A stretch of DNA of 64,000 bases from Tubiluchus corallicola (taxonomy: Eukaryota > Animalia > Priapulida): positions 124,001-188,000 of the forward strand of contig JAQGDQ010000323.1 in NCBI GenBank assembly GCA_030141605.1. Reading direction: 5' to 3'. This document shows positions 27,651-41,340 of this stretch, in pieces. Within the stretch, counting starts at the first letter, position 1, and every line of letters starts with the position of its first letter. Below the pieces are notes generated by a model that had not been told where the DNA came from, did no database searches, and worked only from the letters and a program-made list of their open reading frames with translations. The translations under genes and the position numbers were made by a program.

Positions 27651-29060
27651 ACACAAAGACCGTAATTTTTCTTTTTTTAATTTCTTTCCTGTATGTCATT
27701 TTTTAATTATAATTAGTAAATGCAATAGCGGCAATGATTCTCTGATGGCGTCTTGGCATCTTTAGAATGTGGTCAGAAATATTTTAGTTTTGTTGGTCCT
27801 TCATTTTATTAATAGGTTAACGAATTAAGGTGATATAAATGCCTAAAATCTTCAGTGTTCAAGCTTTTAAACTTCTTTATTCGGAACTGTTTTTTAGATT
27901 TTTAAAATTGCAGCGTTAATTTGCAAAGAGTTGTAGCAAACGAGGTTTTACTGCTATTTGCTTTGTAAGCGTCTTTTTTCTAAAGACTGGAGTCCAGAAA
28001 CTTGTTCGAAAATAGATACTGGTATTGTCTCACCTAGCTAGAGTTTACAGAATGAAGTAAAGATTTTATTATTAAGTTTATTCTATTTGTGTAACTGATC
28101 GCCTCATACAGTTTATATAGTTTGCTGTTTAACGATATGTAATTGCAGTATCAGTTGAGAATAATATTCACTGTTGTATTTAGATTCGTGGATATGTTAA
28201 GCAATAAACCGCAATGAAACGCAGGCTCGTGACAGTCATTGACTTATTCTGTGTTAAGCGGGATGGATCCGGAACCGGATTTAACAGGTCACAATATAGC
28301 ATAATATAGTCCTTGAACATATAAACCTGAAGCTTGCTGACAAGTTTCGGTTCCTATAGCGTTTTTTAGTTTTGCCTTCAGTGCAGTGTTTGTAAACACG
28401 AGCTTATCCTAACACTAGTATTGCATAGTAAATTCTACATACTGTTCTGTATAATTATTGTGGTTAGAGTAAAATAGCCACGAGAAGGTGCGGTTCTTGA
28501 AGTACCTTAACATTTTAAACAAGTTTTGTTGTGACTTACTCGGCCTCATATAAATATGAAATAATGAGCTGTAGAACCAGATACGTACGACATTTCTCCT
28601 TGACAGATGAAACTGAATGTACTTTGTACAAGTTTTCACCTAAGATTGCGACGTATCTTTGAATAAGACCAGTAATATTGTTCTCATCTTCTGAGTTTTG
28701 ATAATTCTTTATAACTCTTTGAATCAAGGACATAATTACTTTGTACAGCTGGACAAATAGTTTTACTAAAAACGTGGCACTGTTCTGTCAGACTGTGCAG
28801 AGATTAAATTGACGTGGTGGGTCTAATATGCACGTATATTATCTCACACATTGCATGTCATTATTTCTATCACAATTCATCTTGGTTGGTGCATATCAAT
28901 CACAAATTGCCACCTTTCATTTCTGTTTTGTCACCATTGCATGCCGCTTATGATACTTGTCACCTAACTCTTGCCTAAAAACAGCAAATTAGATATTGTA
29001 TTTTGAAATTAATTGATCTGTTTGCTTTTGTAAAGGATGATGAGGCGCGGTCTAGCAGTG

Positions 29061-29250
29061 CCGGTGGATTCCGAAGCGGGTCTCTAGTATCGACCCTCGT
29101 TTATAGTTGGACATCCACTGGACGCAACGAGTAGTGGGAAATCTTTAGGACTAGTACGGTCGGTGGACTCCGAAGCGGGTCTGTGAGCGAGACCCTTATT
29201 TACACGTGGATTCCACTGGACGTAATGACTAATGAGGGGAATCTTTAGGA
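29061..29250 (+). repeat. Tandem about 99-nt duplication with conserved hairpin structure downstream of SRSF
   Basis: Two units cggtgga-y-tccgaagcgggtc...gaccc...tgga...tccactggacg...aatctttagga at 29062-29150 and 29161-29250. Confidence 0.8.
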
Positions 29251-30809
29251 TACAGGAAGGAGTAGTTGAAGCAGGAAATCATATCTGACTTGATTCCACA
29301 ATTTAGGAAAGTGGAGTCGCCATATGAAGGACATGTTTGCTTCCCTTCGTTCATGCAGGATAATTCCCTGCTTAAAGTAATTTTAGATTTGCATTGGTAC
29401 GGTGAAAGTAGCTTCCGTTCAAATCAAGCATGTAGTTGCTGATTAGCCATCTAGCTGCTTATAGTTCAGACCAGTCAGTGCGAATTATTGACAGTAGCAC
29501 TTTCTTTGAGAAACAGTCAAACCAAACGTCTTTTAGAAAGCGTCACCTTTCTAGGATATATTCTCTTTATGTCAAACCTCACATATTGAGGGTGATTTCT
29601 GTGGCCGTACAGTGTGTGTTGAATTGAGAATCTTATTCTGTCCTGTTGGCTGTCCTGAACCCAAGTGCTAGGCAGCTTTCTTGGAACAAGTCAATTGCAA
29701 TATCACGGAATTGTTTTTTCAGATTCCTGCATGTAGTGACTTGTCTGAATTCTTTTCTTGAACAAGTACTGTATGTGTTTTACAGTTTTTTAATCCCAAG
29801 AGCATAGATCCTTTACCATGCTAACGATTGCTATACTACAGCAGTCTCAGTCATTGTGATTGGTTTTATGTTAGAGTGGATGGATCTTGGTTTAGCTGCA
29901 TGCCGTAAGTCGGTCTTGCTATGTTCAAAATATCGCTGAACATACTTAGCTAACTGGTAGTAGATTTTCGTACAGCTTGACTCTGGAAAGCATGCTGGTA
30001 TTATACGACCCATTAAGAATGGTATTGGCAGTAATTGTTGAACCTGGGACCAGGACCAAGGGCACAGGTTTATACAAGAGCGGATGGGATGTGTTAAGGT
30101 GGCCTGCTGGGGTTATTAGCTAAGTGTAAGTCATGTGCAGTAATTTTTGGTAATTTTTTTAGCTTTTCTGTTTCAGGCTGGGTGAATATTCTGTGCAAAG
30201 AGAAGTATTTGATATGTCCTGTGTTGATTAGCAAATGATGTATCATATTTACTACACATATCGCAAAGGTAGTGCCATATTACTTGATTTTATCACAGTG
30301 ATGGCTCTTGATTTTTGTGGATTTTTTGGAAAAAAGTTGAAGATGATACAAGTAATATGACAGATTTATATTGGCAGCTGGAAAAATGATCAATAATTGG
30401 AAATAAAAGCCCAAATTGATTATAAATGATTATTGAGTACCACCACTATTCCATATCACGTCCTCATTCAATAGGTTAATAGGGAATTATTGATCATCAA
30501 CAAATGGGTCTTCGCACTTTTCGTAATAAGGGTAATGTTCTTAAATTACTAGACATGTATGTTTCCTGGTATGTAATTGTACCGTGGATACTATCTTAAC
30601 TTATTTTACACATTTTAAATTAAAATTTATTGTAGAAGAAAGTTTGTTTGTTTTAAGCTGCTGTTAAGTTGCTTTTTAATCTAAATGTTACTGAATGTTA
30701 TATAAAAGTTACTGAATTTATCTGAATAAATTTTGATCTTCAACTAATGAACATTTTATGTGATCTTGTTAAAATGTGTTATTGAAACTTTTATTATGTT
30801 CATTAGCTC

Positions 30810-31017
30810 CAGTGGCATATTAACCAATAGACTAACTAGGTTGTAGCCTAGGGTGCCAAAGTTTGAGGGCGTCACTTTTTAGAAAAAATTCTTATTCTCC
30901 TCGGAAAATGTGTATAGTTTCATAGTCATGTAAAGAGTTCTTTTTTTAACACACCACAAGCAGTTTCTGGGACAGAACTATCAGGCTAGGGCATCGTAAA
31001 GTCTTGATACGCCCCTG
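30810..31017. mobile_element. hAT-like MITE
   Basis: Ends cagtggcatat / atacgcccctg with near 8-bp TSD attagctc / gttagctg. Confidence 0.65.
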
Positions 31018-31683
31018 GTTAGCTGCAATACTGGTCAACTGTTTCATTGTGCCCAATGTAATTTTTTAAAATTTATAAAGATTTATTAGATTTGTGCAGC
31101 AAAAGAAGGAAAATGAACAAATACAGCTGTAACTCAGTGATCTAAAAAGAAAACTTGCACTGTAATTAACACCAAACAAAATACCACAGAAGCATTATGC
31201 AAAAAATTTATTTGTACTAGATGCAATGAAATATAAACTAATTTTTGAAATGAGTTATTGTCTGAAAGTCAGCTTTTTCGCTGTACAAAAATAAAGAAAT
31301 AATCATGTTTCAAAAAAAGTTGTGTTTCCTAGCATTTGGCACGGGAAAATCCACTAAATCTAGACACCCGTTTCCTATTTGCTAGGAGTTTGTCTCATCT
31401 TCCTAACTATTTTAGGCAGTGTCACTTTCACACACAGAAAGTTAACCGTGGCAGGAAGATTTATTGCTTTTTGAGAGGCATTGCTACTGCATGTCTTATA
31501 TAGGTGCTTTGGTCGTAAAAACTTGTGGTGTACTAACATCTTATTAGTTAAAATGTGTAATGATTTTGTCAAATACCGGCAGTTAAATTTATTATGCTCA
31601 TACAGTTACATATTTTTACACAATGATTTGGAATTTGCTTAACATGGCAATTCATTTGCTCTATTATGAAAATCCATTGGATC

Positions 31684-34600
31684 TTATCTAGGCAAGAATC
31701 GTAGTGGGTCGTTACTAGGTTGATACGTAGTTCCCAGAAATCCTTTCATGTTTGGTTCCGTGGTGCCATCTGGTAGTGTGATAGTGAAGTTTTGCAGAAT
31801 GGAAGTGAAAAATAAAAACAGTTCCATTTTTGCCAACGATTCACCTAGGCATACTCGTCGTCCTACAAATGTAAATAGATAACAGATTGGATAGATAGAC
31901 ATGAATCAGTTTTCATTTTTTTACCCGTACAATAGTAAACATCACCGTGAAGTTCATATTTTGAAGAATAAAGAAAGTTAAATAATAATAAGTGAAATTA
32001 AGTTAACTGTACGATCGGAAACAATATGCCGCGTGTATATATATATATCATATGTATGCATGTATGAGCTTGTATGTATATATCAATATATCACGTAGCA
32101 ATCACGGTACAATTACTGGTCCAAATTATTTGGCCCTCAAGTCTGTTTACACTTGTTTTTGCAAAGATCGCATAAAAAATTAATAGAGCTGAAACAAATG
32201 CCCAGAAACTGGTCTGAAGTGTTTATTGGAAATGTAAAGTTTTCTGGGCAGACCTACTTATTTTGTCTTAACTCAGCCCGTAGTACTGTAGCCAAATACC
32301 AGAGTAATATATATGTAAAACACATACTCTGCTTGATACACATACCTACGGAGAAAGGAGCTACGGCTTCATGGCACCCCAACTTTCCTTCTGACGTCAT
32401 AAACCTGTCTGGCTTAAATTGCTCAGGATTCGTGAAATAAGCAGGATCATTCAAGATTGCAGTCATATTGGCTATGATAAGAGTGTCGGAAGGTATTTGA
32501 AAACCTTTAAAATCCATTTTTTCCAAACTGCGATGCGGTACACCCATTGGTACTATGTTGGCTGTAAAATAAAACATTAAAATCTATTCATTTTCAGTAA
32601 GCTTAAAACAAAACCGGGTCCAATTTGAAACTATAGATCTACTCCTTAAAATATTGAAAGGAAATATTGAAAGGCGACTATTTTTTCAAAAATGACCTAT
32701 GTGAAAGAATTATTAGCACACAAACACAATTTCACGTTTGCGGCACTAGTTCTTCACTGTTACAAGTATTTCACAATTCGCTAGTTAGATGGGCAATAGC
32801 GCCTGTATTTCGGAAATGCATTGCACAAAAAATAGGTGCTGTGCCACTTGAGATGTGTTAGTTTGTGACGAACTACACATGTTCGACAGCTCATGTGTGA
32901 GCACAGAGGTAAATTTGAAATTTGATTTTTTTAAAAACTTACCTAGTTTTAGTATAACACACTGAATATCTTACAGTGGCACTGTATTTCAATTTTTGCT
33001 TTCACAAACACGTGCAACACGCTCGTGGAATTATTAGCACACAAACACAATTTCACGTTTGCGGCACTAGTTCTTCACTGTTACAAGTATTTCACCATTC
33101 GCTAGTTAGATGGGCAATAGCGCCTGTATTTCGCAAATGCATTGCACAAAAAATAGGTGCTGTGCCACTTGAGATGTGTTAGTTTGTGACGAACTACACA
33201 TGTTCGGCAGCTCATGTGTGAGCACAGAGGTAAATTTGAAATTTGATTTTTTTAAAAACTTGCCTAGTTTTAGTACAACACACCGAATATCTTACAGTGG
33301 CACTGTATTTCAATTTTTGCTTTCACAAACACGTGCAACACGCTCGTGGAATATTTTTGTTTTTGAAAATTATGTTAGTTTGTGATGCCATCAATAGTTG
33401 GGCTCGCCCGCTGTTAACTAAGTTTTTAATCTATTATTTATATATCAGAAATGCTTTGGCTGTATTAATTGTGTTAAAAGATGTACTTTTATCGGACTTG
33501 AAAATGGGGTAGTATATGAAAAATCATCCTGTTTTCCCTTAAAGCACTCATATTTCAATTTCTCATTGCTTGTCAACTGTTTTCCTCATCGTTGTTGTCA
33601 CTGCTGTTATTTCTTGTTGCTGCTTTCGATGAAGAAGCAATATACAGCTGCTGATTATACAAAGTCTTGTAGAACTATAATTTGGTTGTAAAAAGAAAGA
33701 TAGAATATTGCAATTTGACCACATTTGAATTAAAAAGACACCATGGAGATCTTATTGGGATTGATAAAAATTAGGCCTACTGCCTATAAAAGAAAACATG
33801 GACAATTTCTTTAATATAGTTGTTGATTCAAAAAATAGAGGACATAGTTTAAAACTTTTTACAGAACTGTCACTTTTCAATCGTAAATATTCGTTTACTG
33901 TGAGAGTAGTGAGCGAATGTCATAACTAATCATGTCATGGTGATTGCCGCACCAACCCTAGTAAAGATTAAAGCTCATTTTTTGCTGACAATTACTTTGT
34001 GGAAAAATATAGGGTTTATATGAGTGTACAGTGGCTGAGCCACTATTCATGACAGTGTAACTGTACTGATGATAATAATTATAGTAATTCGTTAGACTAG
34101 GTTTATCTGTCAGACAATATCTACTGTTTTTTATTGTTACCATTCTTTCTACATCACCTAATGTTTGACAAAATCTACTGTTCTCTATTGTTAGACAATG
34201 TCTACTGTCCTCCGTTGTTTCCATTCCTTTTACCTCCTCTATTATTTTTTAGACAATATCTATTGTTCCCGAATGTTGCTATTGTTTTACATCATCCGTT
34301 GTTAGATCATATCTACGGTTTTTTATTGTTACCATTCTTTCTACGTCCTCTACGGTCAGACAAAATCTACTGTTCACTATTGTGCTACAATTCCTTCTGT
34401 ATAATCTATGTTAGACAATGTCTACTGTTCTCTATTGCTACAGTTCCTTCTGCATTACTTATTGTTAATTTTGTTACCTTTCAGTGCCGGTAACCATTTT
34501 TGTTACAAAATCTGTTTCGAATTTACTCCAAAATTCCAAACTTGCCGAAAGGCACCCCTGTTTATTTGTGATAGTTAGAGCTGCAGATGGCAACAGTAGC

Positions 34601-37600
34601 AGATATTAAAATGACTGTTCTTTATTCAAAATTAAGTACTGTTTCCCAGTGGCTGTCATTTCCTTGTTCAACCATTTCATTTGTGTCTTTCTGAGTTGTA
34701 CTGGTATTTATGATGATGGTTTTGTTTCACGATCACTATTGTTACTGCTATTGTTGTTGTCGTTGGCATTTGACTTTATTTTCATCTGTGTTGTTGTATC
34801 TGTTCCTTTTTCATTTTGTAGTGCTGTTCACCACCTTGGCTTGTGACCCAGTGCTGCTCCCAAATAAGCCTGTAACTAGTTGTGCTGTTATTTAAAGCCT
34901 TGTGCATATACTCTCAAGTAATATTCAAGTCATGGACTTACCAGATCTTTGTATCTCCAAAATCGTAGCTTCAGTATAGGGCATATGAAGCCTATCAGCT
35001 ATTTTTGGCAGCCGACTGCGTCCGATAATATCATCAATTTCTGCCTGCACTTTTTTCATGACGCCAGGGTGCTTGATTAAATACACAAATCCCCATCGCA
35101 AAGTTGTAGATGTCGTTTCAGTGCCAGCAACAAACAGGTCCCGAATAACGTGCTTTAATTCCTCTTTTGAAAAAGCTATAGAAGTAATAACTTGTAACGT
35201 AATAGCCAAATAAATGAACAAATATGTAAAGATTAAAAAGCAAATGGTGGCGGTACTGTCGTAGTGACCAGTATCAGAAAAGTGAGAACCCTGTATAATT
35301 AATTTAGCACACGTGATAACTTTCGACGCTGTCAAAGTGTATAGAATTAAAAAGCCTAGCCTTCCCTATAATAAGCATAGAAAAGAACTATACTAAAACT
35401 GTACACTTACTCGTGTGTTCATTAGCTTTGCTCTGATCTTCAATCATAGCCAAATAGGCAGCGATAAAATGCTGGATGTTGCTACAATCTAAACTATTGC
35501 AGCATTTTTCAACTTTTTCTTCTATGAATGCATTCAGTGCATTGACAGATTTAAAAAACTTGCGAACTTTGGCTGCTTCTGATGGCAGAAATCTGACTGC
35601 AGGAAAAAATTGGATGATCTGCAGAGGAGCTTCCAATGCCTCATTCATATTTTTCAGGATACGTTGAAACTTCTCGTCCTGATAGTCAAAACGATCACCA
35701 AACACTATGGAGCAGATTACGTTGGAAACACTCGTGTTGATTAGATACTGAACAGAAGTTGGAGCGCCGTATCCTGACTTGAGCTCGGATAGCAAGTCTG
35801 TTATCTCCTCTTTAATTTTGATCTGAAAAAGGAAATGTGCCATGAAGAGGGGAGTAGAATAGGTGTTATCGCATAAAGGGCTTTGTTGCTATGATTCTGT
35901 CATAATCAAGTTGACACTGACTTGTTGTTGCAACATTGGAGTTTATTTTTTTTACCGAGTGATACTAGAGTGTAGTGTGCATTACATTAACTAATAACGT
36001 AATCGCCATCAAAATAATATATCTTTTCACATCGAATTGTCTCATATAACATTTTTTATCGTCATCAAAGATCTATACATTACTTTTATTTTATATTTTT
36101 TTAGTCCTACGAGATATTAACTTTTTGAAAAGTTTTTCATCTCTTACGATCTGAAATGAGATTTGCAATACAAATTTCTCAACAACAGTCTGACATGAAG
36201 GTCTAGCTTGTTTCAAACAGGAGTTGGATCAAAATTCAAAATATGATGGTCGTTTATTTTGACGATCATATAATGCCAATGAAAGCGTTATATAAAAGCC
36301 AAAAACCCACCTCCAAACTGACTTTGCCCATTCCAAATTCTCGAAGTTTGCTCAAAGCAAATTTCCGCTGCTCTTTCCAATGTTTTCCTTCTGAATTTCC
36401 TAAGCCTATAGAAACATCGAAAAACTGAAGAAAATTGCAATATTATGTATCATTATTATTATTATTTTATGGCTCATCACTATATTCTCTGCATAGATTT
36501 GAAATAGAGAAATGAGACACACCAGAGTTGCTATTTCCAATGTTTTCTCTCTCTACCCCTCTCCCATTCCCTGTCTGTCCGTCTGTTTCTTTTTCACTCC
36601 TTTTCTCCCAGCTTTATGAAAAACTAACCTTCACTTTTTATTGAAACTGGGTATTTCAGTCGCCTAGATTCCATGTACACGCACACACAGCCTCATACGG
36701 GCAATTTTTTACTAATGCAAATTATACAGTGTTTATTGTCTGCAAAATGTTCACGTGTGCAGTGACAAAGGTACCAAACCGTGTTTGCTACTACAAGCAC
36801 TACCTGTCCACCACTGCCATCATCTTTGGCAACAGTAGCAGCAACCACAAGAGAGTAGCACGCTCAACGTGACCGTAGGTATAGATCTAGCTATTTAATA
36901 GTAAAACATCTTGTTACCTCGACAAACTCCTGGAAGATCAGGCCCCGATGCAACTTTCTTAAGCAGATACCACTGTGGCCTGCCGGACAGCACGTCTCCA
37001 TGTTTCAAGAATGCATCTTTTGCTGTTTCATAATCATTCACCACAACAGCTAGTTGTTGACCCATGAATATGCTGAAAACAGGTCCATATTTTTCTTTCA
37101 TCTGTTCCAGAGCTTTTCCAGGTTTGTCAATCAGATGGAGCAAATGTCCAAGAAAAGGCAACCCCAATGAACCAGGAGGACTGCCTCGTGGTTTTTTCCT
37201 TAAATAGCTAACCAGACCGAAGATGACGAGTGCCACAAAGAGTATAACCGTTAGGTTTAAGTCCGCTGTTAATTCTGATATTGGTAAACCCTAAAAACAT
37301 GAAATTATCTCCACTGTACAATTTTGTCTGTATGGATGCAGATACTCATTCTCCAAAATTATGCAAATTTAGTTCATTTAATGGAAAATTGATTCACTGA
37401 TGAAAACTGGGGAAATTTTTTATTACTTACTATTCATTTCACGAGGGGGGGGGTATATGCATTTAAATGTGGCGAACATGTTAAGTTATTGTTTTGAATA
37501 ATGAACTTGGCTTTGGTCTTGCCACTATAATGTAGGGAATGTCTTTAAACTCTCAAAATAGGCTCGCAGAGTGGCAAGCTACATTAAAAATCAGGCCTAG

Positions 37601-38394
37601 TGTTTGGATTCAACAGGTCCAACTTGCTCATTTCTTGTAAAGTTAATGGCTTCTGTAAGTAAATCATACGAAGTGTTTACTATTGTCATGGAAACTTTTG
37701 TTCATAAAAATTTAGAATACGCATTGTTGGGGCAGATCCAGTTACAATGAGAATGCACTAAATCGTAACAATGTAATATAATATAAGGGCAGATCCAGTT
37801 AAAAGGCGTGATTCTTTTATTGGAAATATTTGAAAGCCATAATTATTGTGAAAGCAAAAAATCATAATTCATTACAGTGTTTGCAATGGCCCATAGTATC
37901 TTCATGCAAAATTTTTTTTCATACAACGAAAATGCTAACCGACGATAGCTTTAGAAAAATGTGACATCAACAAGATCAACAACAACTTGAACAAGCGTTA
38001 GGATCTCGCACATTCTGGATCCATAAATGATTATAATGAAATTTTCAGTTCCAGTTTTCAACATAGTTCAGAGATTATTTATACTAGTAATACTGGAATC
38101 GCAATACTACAATAATTACAATATTGAACAAGATTACAATAATGTAGAATTTAAAAAAGGTATAAATATAGTTTAATTCATTTATTTTCGCGGTAGCCAC
38201 CATAATATTCACACACTAGTCGAAAAGTCTATATATTAGCAAAATGGCATGGCCGTCAAAATATGTAAAAATTATAGAACACGTTCTGTAATAACACTAA
38301 GATTTCATAGTAGCGTTTTTTTACAAACAATACAACTGATGATTTAACAAAATTCAGGCAAAATGAGTAAGTCACTATAAGTGTTCACCTTCAT
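31684..38394 (-). CDS. Cytochrome P450, CYP2-like (clan 2), about 504 aa
   Basis: Exons 37290-36918, 36405-36311, 35822-35411, 35175-34942, 32561-32346, 31862-31684, plus an inferred first exon contributing ATG AAG (38394-38389, lower confidence). Motifs [46 protein letters not shown]. Confidence 0.92.
32646..33543. mobile_element. TTAA-flanked non-autonomous element (family C) with an internal 321-bp tandem duplication, in a CYP intron
   Basis: Near-identical units start at 32707 and 33028. Ends cctgttttcccttaa. A related copy lies at about 52850-53286. Confidence 0.75.
33730..33925 (+). mobile_element. Decayed CR1-type LINE 3' fragment
   Basis: Degenerate translation ...GDLI...RGHSLKLF...[10 protein letters not shown], typical of the CR1 ORF2 C-terminus. 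Confidence 0.55.
34100..34460. repeat. Degenerate tandem repeat
   Basis: Recurrent agacaatatctactgtt...attgttaccattc units. Confidence 0.7.
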
Positions 38395-38980
38395 CACGAC
38401 TTGTACTAACTAGTCTCCAAAATTTCTTGGTATATTAATGCATACAGTAGTCAGTACATTTTCTACAAGAGTCAGGAGCACTGTTGCATAGCCACCTATG
38501 TCATAAATTAGAGTAAAGGAAAACAAAAACAAAACGATCTTTGCTCGGCTAATAGTGGGAAAGTCGGTAAACAGGTAGTATACAGCCGAGACCTTGATTG
38601 CAGTCAATGTTACCTCTGGTTGACTTTGCCTATCGCTGCCCACCCCTGTTTGGTTAAACTGTTCTGCAAGTTGCATATATGTAAATTGTGTAAGAAGCCA
38701 TGTGTGAACTGTTCATGCACCATGTCTTTTGATATGCATGGATAGGTAGTTTTTCTGTTAGCTAGCTTTGCTCGGATGTACAAGTTAGTTGAGTGTGTAA
38801 AATTGTATCTCATGAGTATTTCGACTGCTTTTTTTATAAGATTCAAGAATATGCTGTAATTCCCAGAGTATGTTTCCGTGGAAGGTTGTGTGTTTGCAAG
38901 ATTTGCACATGTTTTTGTAAGCAGCATTACTGTTAATTTTGCATTATTATTATTATAATCTTTTGACTGTTAAATTTTTT

Positions 38981-39190
38981 GCTAACCAGACCGAAGATGA
39001 CAAATGCCACCAAGAGTATACCCGTTAGGTTCAGATCCGCTGTTAATTCTGGTATTGGTAAACCCTATTAAAATATCAAAATATCTCTACTTAACAATTC
39101 TGTCTGTAACTGTACGTAGAGATATTTATTTGCTAAAATTGTTCAAATTTTATGTAATTCATCATTAATGCAAATTGGTACACTAATGAA
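38981..39190 (-). pseudogene. Duplicated fragment of the CYP membrane-anchor exon plus its upstream intron
   Basis: gctaaccagaccgaagatgac...ccgctgttaattctggtattggtaaaccct matches 37207-37400; truncated after the anchor helix. Confidence 0.8.
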
Positions 39191-39833
39191 GGTTTAGCCT
39201 ATACCTGGACTTGCTGATAAAGTCTGAATATAAATGTAAAATGAGTGCAAATAATAAGTAGGCTCTAACTGTAGGTTCAAAATTCAGTTTAGGTGTACAA
39301 AAATTGTTGTATATAGCTATGCAGTTATCGTTGCAGTTTACTCTGTTCATTAAAATTTTTGCAACAAGCCTATTATAACAACTGGTGCAATAATTTCGAT
39401 TAGAGATATTGAATTGTAGATCTGTACAATTAATTTGTCTCTTCGAAATCTTGACTTTAAGATAAATAAAATAACTACAGTAATATATATATATATGTAT
39501 GTTCAGTTGTATGCGTGCATCTGCTCATGCATGACCAGCTGAAAGATTTTCTAAGAAAATGCTAATTCATGATCTTGATATTGTACCTTACGAAGATCTC
39601 AACTGTTCACTCTACAGGGATTTTTTATCTCACCTTTTCAGCTGTATGTACAGTAACATTTTTCCGACTGTCTGCCCGGTTACATAAACAGTAGCGTCCA
39701 GTTTCAACTATTATTTATTCATTTTTGCACTGTCAGGCAGGCCTGTTAAGTGCCAGAGTTGTTTAGTAAGTAACTATGCTATAAATTTTAGGCAAAGAAA
39801 CGGATTTTTGAAGAACGCGGAGATTTAAGAGCA

Positions 39834-40592
39834 ATGGATTCCGAATCGCTTATTTACTTCAAATGTACAGCGTGTTCTGAGTGTTTCATGACTGAGGAAG
39901 TGTTCTTTGCTCACACAAGAACCTGGCACTGCAAGATCTTAATCTGCGAAGGCCACGACTCATCATCTAATGACACAAGCAATCTCATTGTCAAAACCGA
40001 GCCTACTTTGGGATTTAGCTTCCACGCCGAGTATTCAGCAGATTCGGCGGCAGCAACTAGTGAGACATACGAAGAGCAATCATTAATAGATTATAGTGCT
40101 GCTGTTGGAGCTATACCTTTTGGTGATCATAATAGTGATGTAAAAACAACAGATGTTAGTCAAGATGTGCTCAGAGTTATTCCAGGATCAGAAAACACAG
40201 TACAACTGTGTAGCGAATCGGCTCTCCCCGAAAACTATTCAGTTAACCATAAAGCAATGTCCGGGCACTCTACATGTCAGAGATCAAATATTTTTACTTC
40301 TATTAGAAAAAAGATCTGCAGAACTAGGCCTAAACCAAAGTACAGCGGAACTGGCTTCTTTTCAAAACCGAAGAATTTAACTACTGGTTTCTTGGATAGT
40401 GATCCACACTCGCAACGTGTAGTTGGGTTTGCTTGCAAATTTTGTAAGAGAGTTTGCCAAACTGTGACACTCCTGAAACGCCATGAACTTATTCATACTG
40501 GAGAACGCCCTTATGAATGCAACATGTGCAATAAACGTTTTCAACGCAAGGACCACTTACAAGTTCATTACACAAGACATCTTAGACATTGA
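39834..40592 (+). CDS. C2H2 zinc-finger protein, 252 aa
   Basis: N-terminal CTAC-x12-H-x4-H finger and two C-terminal C2H2 fingers joined by HTGERPY. The frame is open back to a tttag acceptor at 39791, so upstream exons are possible. Confidence 0.85.
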   Translation: MDSESLIYFKCTACSECFMTEEVFFAHTRTWHCKILICEGHDSSSNDTSNLIVKTEPTLGFSFHAEYSADSAAATSETYEEQSLIDYSAAVGAIPFGDHNSDVKTTDVSQDVLRVIPGSENTVQLCSESALPENYSVNHKAMSGHSTCQRSNIFTSIRKKICRTRPKPKYSGTGFFSKPKNLTTGFLDSDPHSQRVVGFACKFCKRVCQTVTLLKRHELIHTGERPYECNMCNKRFQRKDHLQVHYTRHLRH

Positions 40593-41340
40593 CTCGAATA
40601 TGGCAACAATTTAATAAAAATCACTTTATGTATGGTACAGTTTAATATCAATGATATTTAACCCAAAATATTCATGATACTGTTTCAGTTGTTGATGATG
40701 GCATTCTTGTCATTTTTGTTGCATACGCCGAAGTAGGTTTTAGTTGTATAGCAGACATGTTTATTTAATTTAAGTTTTCTGTACCGGTATTACGATTTTC
40801 TTTCAAACTTTCAAACAATTTCTTGAATAAAGTGTATAGTACAATTTGCTTCTAAAAAATTGTACACAATAATTCTGTTTGGTTGTACGCCATGTTTTGT
40901 ATACAGCTACATAAAAGGTATTTTGTTATTTTTGTTATTAAGTGTATTTAGCTCATAATATTTGCGACAAGAACATTGTGTTAAGTAAGAAATGCCAGTT
41001 TTTTTATGAAATTGTCTATATGTAATGTGTGTACCCTAAATGTGTTGATCTGTGCATGTGAGGCCTCGCAATTTAGGATGACTAGCTAAAAAGATTTTGT
41101 ATGAAAAATGCTAATTAATGATTTTAATTCTATCTGATGAAGATCACATCTTTCAGCTGTAGGTAGAGTAGCATTTTTATCTGCGCCCTGTGTAACGTCT
41201 CTGCAAACATTAGGCTTAACATTTTATTCATTATTTCTCTTTTTAGGCGTGTCTATAACGCCTACATTTTTTAGTAAAATTTTATGCTATAAATTTTAAG
41301 TTGAGAACCAAACTTTGGGGAACCTACTCATCTCAGAACA

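Noticed and set aside
29061-29250. Hammerhead, twister or HDV ribozyme, SECIS, or snoRNA
   Set aside because: No CUGANGA/GAAA core, SECIS quartet or correctly placed H/ACA or C/D boxes were seen on either strand.
32667-33512. Duplicated short ORFs as a small gene family
   Set aside because: They lie within a non-autonomous transposon that recurs at 52.9 kb.
38610-38927. 105-aa ORF as a gene or CYP exon
   Set aside because: No P450 similarity and no usable splice phase; at most a faint resemblance to decayed L2-type ORF2.
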